Under the pieces are notes generated by a model. That model ran no database searches, was not told the origin of the DNA, and saw only the letters and a program-made list of their open reading frames with translations. Below are positions 53,373 to 64,000 of a DNA stretch of 64,000 bases, piece by piece. How positions within the stretch are numbered: position 1 is the stretch's first letter; each line of letters opens with the position of its first letter. Origin of the DNA: Eledone cirrhosa (lineage: Eukaryota). The position numbers and the translations under genes are program-made. Location: positions 171,306,001 through 171,370,000 of the forward strand of contig OZ024740.1 in NCBI GenBank assembly GCA_964016885.1. Reading direction: 5' to 3'.

Positions 53373-53563
53373 GATGAGATTCTACAGGACTAGAACTGTT
53401 TCATTCTTTAGAAATCATCAGGAATCTCAGTGATTCCTGCTGATTTCTAAAGAATGAAACAGTTCTAATCCTGTACAATCTCATCTATATTAAAACTTTT
53501 ATACTCTGCAATGTATTGAGTACCTTACTTACTGTGGTTACCTCCGATTCAACCCGGAATAAC
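53368..53563. mobile_element. Penelope-like inverted terminal repeat fragment inserted in (TA)n
   Basis: About 58-bp inverted arms (53368-53426 / 53432-53490) with 3 mismatches, carrying hammerhead cores. Confidence 0.6.
53375..53429 (-). ncRNA. Type I hammerhead ribozyme motif
   Basis: ugagauuc-CUGAUGA-uuuc(uaaa)gaau-GAAAC-ag(uucuaguc)cu-GUA-gaaucuca: 8-bp stem I, intact core, stem III acag/cugu. Confidence 0.7.
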
Positions 53564-54735
53564 GTATATATATATATATATATATATATATGGCTTTCAT
53601 AGTTAAAAACCCAAATGATCTAAATTTAAACAAATACCCTACATATTAATTCGAATTAAACTGTAGAATATGTAAAAGCAGAACATAGGCCTTTTGCCAT
53701 TGGGCTGGAAATCATATATTTAATTAACCTTGAGTTCAGGTGTGTGTAATTCCTATTAATAGATAGGTAAAGTGGACCAGTGAGGGTGACATATTTTGCA
53801 GTGTCAAAGACATGAGTTATAGTCTGTGCTACTGTTATTCCTTATCTGTTCATATTAAATGTGGTCTATATATAATACATATGTCAAAACTAAGATGATG
53901 TATAATAGTTAAATTTGGTCAGTAGAATCAGAGAAATTAATTTTGTTGCATATCTTATGGAGAGATGTAAAAGAGACTACTTTTGCAAGTGAGTTAAAAA
54001 CATAATTAGGTATTGGCTGCTGACTACAAGACATGAATATTGTGCTGGTGTGAACATGTAGTATAAATAAATGATGTTTGACTGATGATTAAGTGGCATA
54101 TATAGGGTAAACAGGGTAAACAATTTTTTTTAATGATTTAGGTGTAAGTAGCTATGTCAAGCTTAAGAAAACTCTGCTGCTTATGAAATAGCAATACATA
54201 CTATTGGTCAAATCCCAGTTGTATTGCTGTAATATATAAGCATTCTGAATATGGCTCTGGTCCGAGGTTAACCTCCTGACAAAAATATATATCTTTGATT
54301 TACTCATATGGCCAGTGTTTTTCTATGAGACAAAATGGATGTGAAACTGAAGTGCTGAATTTATAGATCACATGCTAAAAAATTCAAAATATTACAGTTA
54401 TTGGACAAGGGATATCATGCTGCTTTCCTCAGTTCACCTGGCTGATAACATATTTTAGTTCTACTTCACAGTTGCAGTACATATCAATCTGAAAAAGATT
54501 AGGAAGTGAAGAGCACAGATTCTATTTTTTTTTTTTTTTTGTTTCAGACATATAAAATATTTATTATTCTCTGTTATTCAAATAGCAGCTGTTTCTTAGT
54601 ATTTACATAAGATCAAATGAGTGGAGTAATAATTTATAGAAAGCCTGACAAAATGTCTTATGATTCTGATTCAATAAAATAAAATACCAGTCAAAACAGG
54701 TGTGGTCTTATGCTGAAGTCAAACAATTATTTACA

Positions 54736-54850
54736 CTCAAATCCCGCCGAGGTTCACTTTGTCTTTCATCCTTACGGGGTCGATAAAATAAAGTACCAGT
54801 AATGTAGTGGGATAATTGCTGGCCTTGTGCCAATAGTAGAAACAATTATT
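54736..54850 (+). mobile_element. 5'-truncated SINE family A with 14-bp direct repeats
   Basis: aaacaattatttac at 54721 and 54840. Confidence 0.85.
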
Positions 54851-54854
54851 TACG

Positions 54855-55335
54855 CTAGCAGAAAAACCACCCTTCGGGTGGTTTTCTGCTAGCATGTGTA
54901 GTGTGCATATTGATATTATACGCAAGTATATATACATGTAGATATGATGCATCAAATAAAATCGTAATTGACATTATACACAGAAATTGAACGAAGACTG
55001 CATTACACTGTCTTATGTAATCAGTAACGTAATCCATGATACATTAAAAAAAGGCGATATTATATATAAACTGCATTAGGAGAAAATTAGTGACGGAAAT
55101 ATATGAATTTTCATTTAAGCGATCGCTAACCGGAAGTGTTGAAAATTTTAAAGAAGTGAATCTTAAAATAAGCCACAAAATTATTTATGTTTAATCAATA
55201 ATAACGAAATTTAGCAGATAAATTATGTAATATTCATTTATTATTTATTCAAAGTAATCCAACTTATTTTACAAACAGGATAAAAAAATATATTCTGGAC
55301 GCAGTCCCGCACTCCTTGCTTTATTATAGTTTAGA
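54855..55335 (-). mobile_element. Non-autonomous Helitron-like element
   Basis: Minus 5' A|TCTAAACTATAATAAAG; 3' hairpin accacccgaagggtggt followed by tttt.ctgCTAG. Confidence 0.6.
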
Positions 55336-55528
55336 TAAAACAGTAATTTATATTTTCTGGTAGATATTGGAATGAAATCAATCACCACTTCTTCAGCTTA
55401 TATTTACTCTATTGAATCACATACATTCTATATCTATGTTCACTTTTGCTCTCATTATTAGTCAAATGTTCAAAACATTTGTTCAACTAATTCTAGTCAT
55501 CCATTTGTAACCAACACAAGGTAAACAT

Positions 55529-55800
55529 GGCTTGAACGCAGCAAAGCCAGTGAGGTTGGACCAAAGGAACAGCAAAATGCCAGATGGCATCACTATCTTC
55601 CTATTCCGCAGTGATAAGCCCTTCATCTGAAACGTATTTGCCCAGTGGTAACTTAATACATTTGGTGACAGACCCAGGCTTCATTTCCCGACATGCTGAA
55701 GATTGTAAGCTTATGAAATACCTGCTGCTCTCCAATAGGTTTGTCGTCAAACGTATAGTGATGGACACTTCGTTACTATTGTCGGGGAAGAGTTGATCAC
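55529..55800 (+). mobile_element. CRE-like non-LTR retrotransposon restriction-like endonuclease remnant
   Basis: GLNAAKPVRLDQRNSKMPDGITIFLFRSDKPFI*N then, frameshifted, HAEDCKLMKYLLLSNRFVVKRIVMDTS. Confidence 0.6.
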
Positions 55801-56214
55801 CCGCATGAATGAGACCACGAGGTAAATTGTACCTGTGGTTCTGCATGCCAGAGTGTGTTCCCCCACACCTTATGGGCCTGTATCATTGGGGTAGCAATGA
55901 TTAAGTACTCATATCTTTATCACATGGCTTCTATCTTACATACACACATATTACACCTCTATCCCCAACTTTTTATAAGTAACTAATTCTTAAGCATTCT
56001 TTAGTTTGCTGTATATCAGTAAACACAGTAGTTTTAAATACCATGCCCTTTATTTTGTATTCTAGGTCTGTATTATAGATTCCTGTGCATTTGGGACACT
56101 TGAAAGTCAGCTTTTGATTATTTGCTTTAAAAAAAGTTTAAATAGTCTATGTGGAAAACATTTTCGAAACCTTTTTCAAGCATCAACCAGTCTGGTCACT
56201 AGTTTTATTTATCC

Positions 56215-56540
56215 TCTTATTCTTTTATTGGTTTTAGTCATTAAACTGCAGCCATGTTGATGCACTACTTTGATTTAATTGCTAATATCAAGCCCAGTAC
56301 TTATTTTTTCCTCTCTGGTACTTATTTTATAGATCACTTTATATAACATAAACACAGACACAAATATAAACAGATATGGGGGCACACACACACACCAATT
56401 ACAATGGACTTCTATAGTTTCTGTCTACCAAATTCCACTCAGAAAGCATTGGCTGATCCAAGGCTATATAGTAGAAAAGAATTAGCCAAGGTGCTATATA
56501 ATGGAACTTAACCCAGAATTATGTGGTTGCAAAGCTTATC
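56215..56540 (-). mobile_element. SINE family C
   Basis: Homologous to 11340-11715. Confidence 0.6.
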
Positions 56541-56685
56541 TCATATCATCAACATTTTGTGTGTTGATCTATTGTGTAACTATTACAAAGATATTTAGAA
56601 CATTTTCAATTTTCGGTTATAAACTTCTGCTTGCTATTATTATTAGAAAAGATTAGATGTTGCAACAATTTCTTACTCAGTATGT

Positions 56686-56900
56686 TTAACCCTTTTGACA
56701 CCAGCTCGGCTAAAACTGGCTATAATTTCATAAAACAAAACCAGCCATTTTAAAGAGTTCCTGTTTAAGTTAAAATTTTCCCACTTACTTTTATATAAGA
56801 AACATATTTTGATTAAATTGTATTAGTAAATCTCTCAAGCTTCTTCATTAATTAGCTGAGACAGAGTATATTTCAATGAGAATACAGTCATAAAGGATTA
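56686..56900. mobile_element. piggyBac-like MITE (degenerate)
   Basis: ttaacccttttgacacca...taaaggattaa. Confidence 0.55.
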
Positions 56901-58786
56901 ATAAGCAATTCAAGTATATATATTTTTGAATTGATAGAAATGAAGAAATATGAAAACAAAAGTTGGTAAATTATGAGAATGACTAGTAGAATTGCCATGA
57001 ACTTTTAGACACTCCAGTGTAATGTGTTATTTGAAATGTTGGTGGCAATACATAGAATTTTCAAATTAATATTTTAGTTGGAACTTTATACTTTGTGGGA
57101 TAGGTTATAGTTACATTACTATTATTTATAAAATGTTCAAGCTGTTATATGTAACATTCTGACAGGCTAAGAATCTAATTTTCATGTTTTATGGGGGCAT
57201 GAAAATTAGTTTTAGTATCATGTGCTATGAAAAATATGGTTTCCTCAGGGATTTTCTTATAGTCAAATTAAGTGTTTGGCAAATACTGATCTTAGCTATC
57301 CTTAGTAATGTGCTCCTTAATGAAGGAAGAATTTCATCAGAAATCAGTACAAGAGGGTTCTACGGTCAACTGATTCGTTTTGCAAATCAACAATCCAACT
57401 ATTGATAAGAATTTAACATGGTAACATTAGAGAAATGGTATAATGCTCAGGTTTACTCAAGAACACCAAAGATTAATATGTAAATGAATTTTTGTTTTAA
57501 TTATTTTTTACATATTGAATGTCTGAGGTTTGATCTTCAGATTTAAAATTATGATCTAAAATAATGTGGCTTAACAGTAAATAAATTTTAAAAAAAGTTA
57601 TAGGTCTTGCTAAGTAATGGCTCATGTCTTAATGGCCTATGTTGTTCTTAAGCTTATGCATCATAGTTAAGTTTGATCACTAGTTTTTGATTTATATCAT
57701 ATTTTTTATGAAATAGTTGTTCTCTTATAGACAGTCAGAAAGCTAAGCTCGAGTGGTGTTTCTTGTGAACTTTACAGATCATGAAAGAGGTAGCTAGATG
57801 CAAGGTAAAAATTAACAATGAAATTAGTAAGAGATTTAATACGCAGCTAAGTTACCTACGAAACTTTCACCACAGCATTCTTTGCATCAAAACTGAAGCC
57901 ACCATACAGATGTTCAGGAATGGATGCCTGTGGGAACTCTTAAAAGCTGGTATCCAAACTAAGGGAGGAAGGCTCATTTTGGTCATGACTGACCATGGGG
58001 CTGCAATCAGAAACTTCCACTCCCAGGTGCAAGCCTGAGCAATGTGTTTTGTGGGAAACCAGCAGTTGCCCATGCATGCTTGTCTCCCTTCTCAATGCCA
58101 CCGATATTATCCAAGGGAAGCCATGGTTGATTATTGCTTGGCATCAGTGTTGTCACAACTGATTTTTTTCCAGTTGAGTGGGCAGAAACAATGTGAAATT
58201 AAGTGCCTTGATCAAGTACACAATGTACTACACAGCCAAGTAAATGAATTCACAACCTTACAATTGTGAACCCAACACTCTAACTCTAATCAATTGAATA
58301 AACAATAAGTTTAAAACTTGGAAGCTGTAGGTTTATAGCCAAGACTACAAAGTGCATCAGTAACCAGGGCCAAGGGAATCAATAAGCTTGATTAGAATGA
58401 AGGAATGGATTAGGTAGAAAGACACAGGTGTGCCAGGGTTGATTACAGGGTTTAGACAACTGATAAGAGAACCATAGCTACACTAGATGGACTGAACATT
58501 ATGGAGGAATATTTAATCCTGAGAGTAAAGTTAGTATGAGCAAAGTGGTTAAGATTTAAGGGAGATGGGGAAAAATTTCATTTGGAATTCTAGAATTTTT
58601 TTTTCTTCTTTTTAGATTTTTGCATACATGTTTCTATGGTCCTGCAAATTTGAATAATTTTGTAATTACAACAGATATTCAGTGTAGTTGGATTCCCTTC
58701 CTGCTGTCAGCTACTCAGTTATAAAATAGGATTGTTACCTTGTTACCTGAGAGCACATGGTACTAATCGCAAGTATATTTACTACC

Positions 58787-58990
58787 TTAACCCTTTTGAT
58801 ATGAAACCGCCTTTGGTTCTATGATACAATACTGTTTATTCTAAAGTGTTTATATTTATCTAAAAAGACATCATATTTCTGTGTAAGATATTTTAGTTAT
58901 GTTCCAAACACCAACCCAATAATGAGAGAGTTAGTTATTTTACTAAATTTCCAAATTCTTGATTATTTTCAAAATTATTTGAAAATTATA
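58787..58990. mobile_element. piggyBac-like MITE (3' end missing)
   Basis: ttaacccttttgatat... with family body gttatgttccaaacacca. Confidence 0.6.
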
Positions 58991-59482
58991 GTACTAAATC
59001 AACTTCTATACTTACAAATGCAATATTTGAAATTAGCTTTGTGTGTGTTTCTGTATGATTGAAAGTTATGATGACTTCAGGTAGTATGTTCCTGTTTTGA
59101 TCCCTTTGAATGTCTTCTATCAAAGCCTTAAGTCAACTGAAGCCCATATCTTGCTAATGTACAAAACAAGATATGTAGATATACGAAAGCAAATTTTAAG
59201 GTGAAGTTGGTAAATGCAGCATATGTTATGTTTGTTGTAATTTTCCAAAGCACTTCCAATTTTAGAGAAGAGTTTTTTGGGGTTTTTTTTATAAAACTTG
59301 ATGCTGAAAATTTTGAAGATCTGAGATTTAATAAACCTGCAATTGACTTCATATATATCTTTGTTTGTTTCTGACTTACAATATTTAACTGTTGGTATTT
59401 TATTGTGTGTGTGTGTGTACCTGTTGATACCAACCTTCCTAAAACCACCTCTGGTGCTGCGTGTGTGTTTTTATGTATATAT

Positions 59483-59817
59483 GGAGGCACATGGCTTAGT
59501 GGTGAGAGCATTCGCCTTGCAATCGAAAGGTTGTGAGTTCAATTCTCAGACCGAGTGATGTGTGGTTTCCTTGAGCAAGACACTTTATTTCACATTGCTC
59601 CAGTTTACTCAACTGTAGAAATGAGATGATAGGGACTGGGGCCCATATCATTCCACTGCAAAGTGGTCGTGGGGGTGCCATGGCAAAAAAGCAGCCAGCA
59701 CTCACTGTAAATGAGGTTGGTGTTAGGAAGGGCATCCAGCTGTAGAAATCAAGTCAGAATCAGTTCCCGTCCCACCCTTGCAGGCAGGAAAAAGCGGACG
59801 TAAAATGATGATGATGA
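59483..59817 (+). mobile_element. SINE family B
   Basis: Near identical to 11772-12160 but with one fewer internal aaaaagcac..cactgtaaa unit; (GAT)n tail. Confidence 0.9.
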
Positions 59818-59818
59818 T

Positions 59819-60039
59819 CCCCCTTTGATACTAACCTGACTGCCTCTGGTTTTACAAAATAAGACCACCTATTTTAAAGGGTACCTCTGTAAATTAAAAT
59901 TTTTCAACATAATTTGATATAAGAATATTTTGTTAAGTTACCATTGTAATAATGAAATAACTAAATCCCTTCGAATTTTTCATTAATTAATTCAAGTACA
60001 TTATATACTTCAGTAGAAATATGGTAACAAAAGGATTAT
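59819..60039. mobile_element. piggyBac-like MITE
   Basis: ccccctttgatact...atatggtaacaaaaggatta. Confidence 0.6.
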
Positions 60040-60445
60040 ATATATATATATATTCATTTGAGTGAATATTTTGGTTTAGCTATCAATGCTAATTCTAATA
60101 ATTAGTGTTTTTTTGTATCAAAGAAATTACAGCTTATGGAGTAGAAGTCTTTTAGAGTTAAAATGCACCTAGTACACTCTGTAAAGTGGAAATTCTGGTG
60201 CCATGATAAATGCACCTTGTCCATTCAGCAAATGGGTAATGATAAAATGGTAGTGGTGATGCCATTATAAAATACAACTAGTAAATGTAAAGTTGTTGGC
60301 CTTCAAGAAGGCATCCAACCATAGAAACTATGCCAAAATAGAATGTATGAACAAGACTTGATCGACTGACCGGTCTAATTTCAGAACATGACAAATCCAG
60401 TCGACCCATGCCAGCATGCAAAAATGAAATAAAAAGTGTTGAGGA

Positions 60446-63714
<3,269 letters not shown>

Positions 63715-63890
63715 ATAGCCATCTGGATGGCTTCCAAAAATAATGGTTGCATTTTAAAAGCTTATTTGTAAAACTATTATATATTGTATTTTGTCTGATG
63801 AAGGCATACCATAATTTAATTTGGTATCCCTGAAATATGTATAATGAAATAGATATGGTTTTATAAATATAGTTTCCATTTATTAATATC

Positions 63891-63971
<81 letters not shown>

Positions 63972-64000
63972 ATATTATATATATATTATATATATATATA
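63891..64000. repeat. (TA)-derived array continuing past the window end
   Basis: Seen directly. Confidence 0.95.

Noticed and set aside
54860-54886. Rho-independent terminator-like hairpin with T tract
   Set aside because: Eukaryotic context; better explained as a Helitron 3' hairpin.

Overview
AT-rich, repeat-dense eukaryotic DNA with no prokaryotic content. The tRNA-headed SINEs, RTE-type 3' tails ending in (GAT)n and abundant microsatellites resemble octopus (coleoid cephalopod) repeats; this taxon call is inferred from pattern recognition only. Almost all ORF-track entries are spurious. Mobile elements: a 5'-truncated RTE LINE (16.4-17.5 kb, -) with a PHD-like Cys/His insert in its RT; a 5'-truncated CR1/L2-group LINE (22.2-23.8 kb, -); a CRE-like restriction-endonuclease remnant (55.5 kb); three SINE families; more than 10 TTAA-flanked piggyBac-like MITEs, one nested in another; and a Helitron-like element (54.9-55.3 kb). 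A Penelope-type inverted repeat at 53.4 kb carries a type I hammerhead ribozyme fold. Manual splicing gives a chain of small phase-compatible + strand exons (about 1.2-22 kb) encoding a protein I do not recognise, whose 5' exons look disrupted. Two CpG-richer, motif-dense regulatory-like zones lie at 26-31 kb and 47.5-51 kb. The window ends in a complex (TA) array over 3 kb long.
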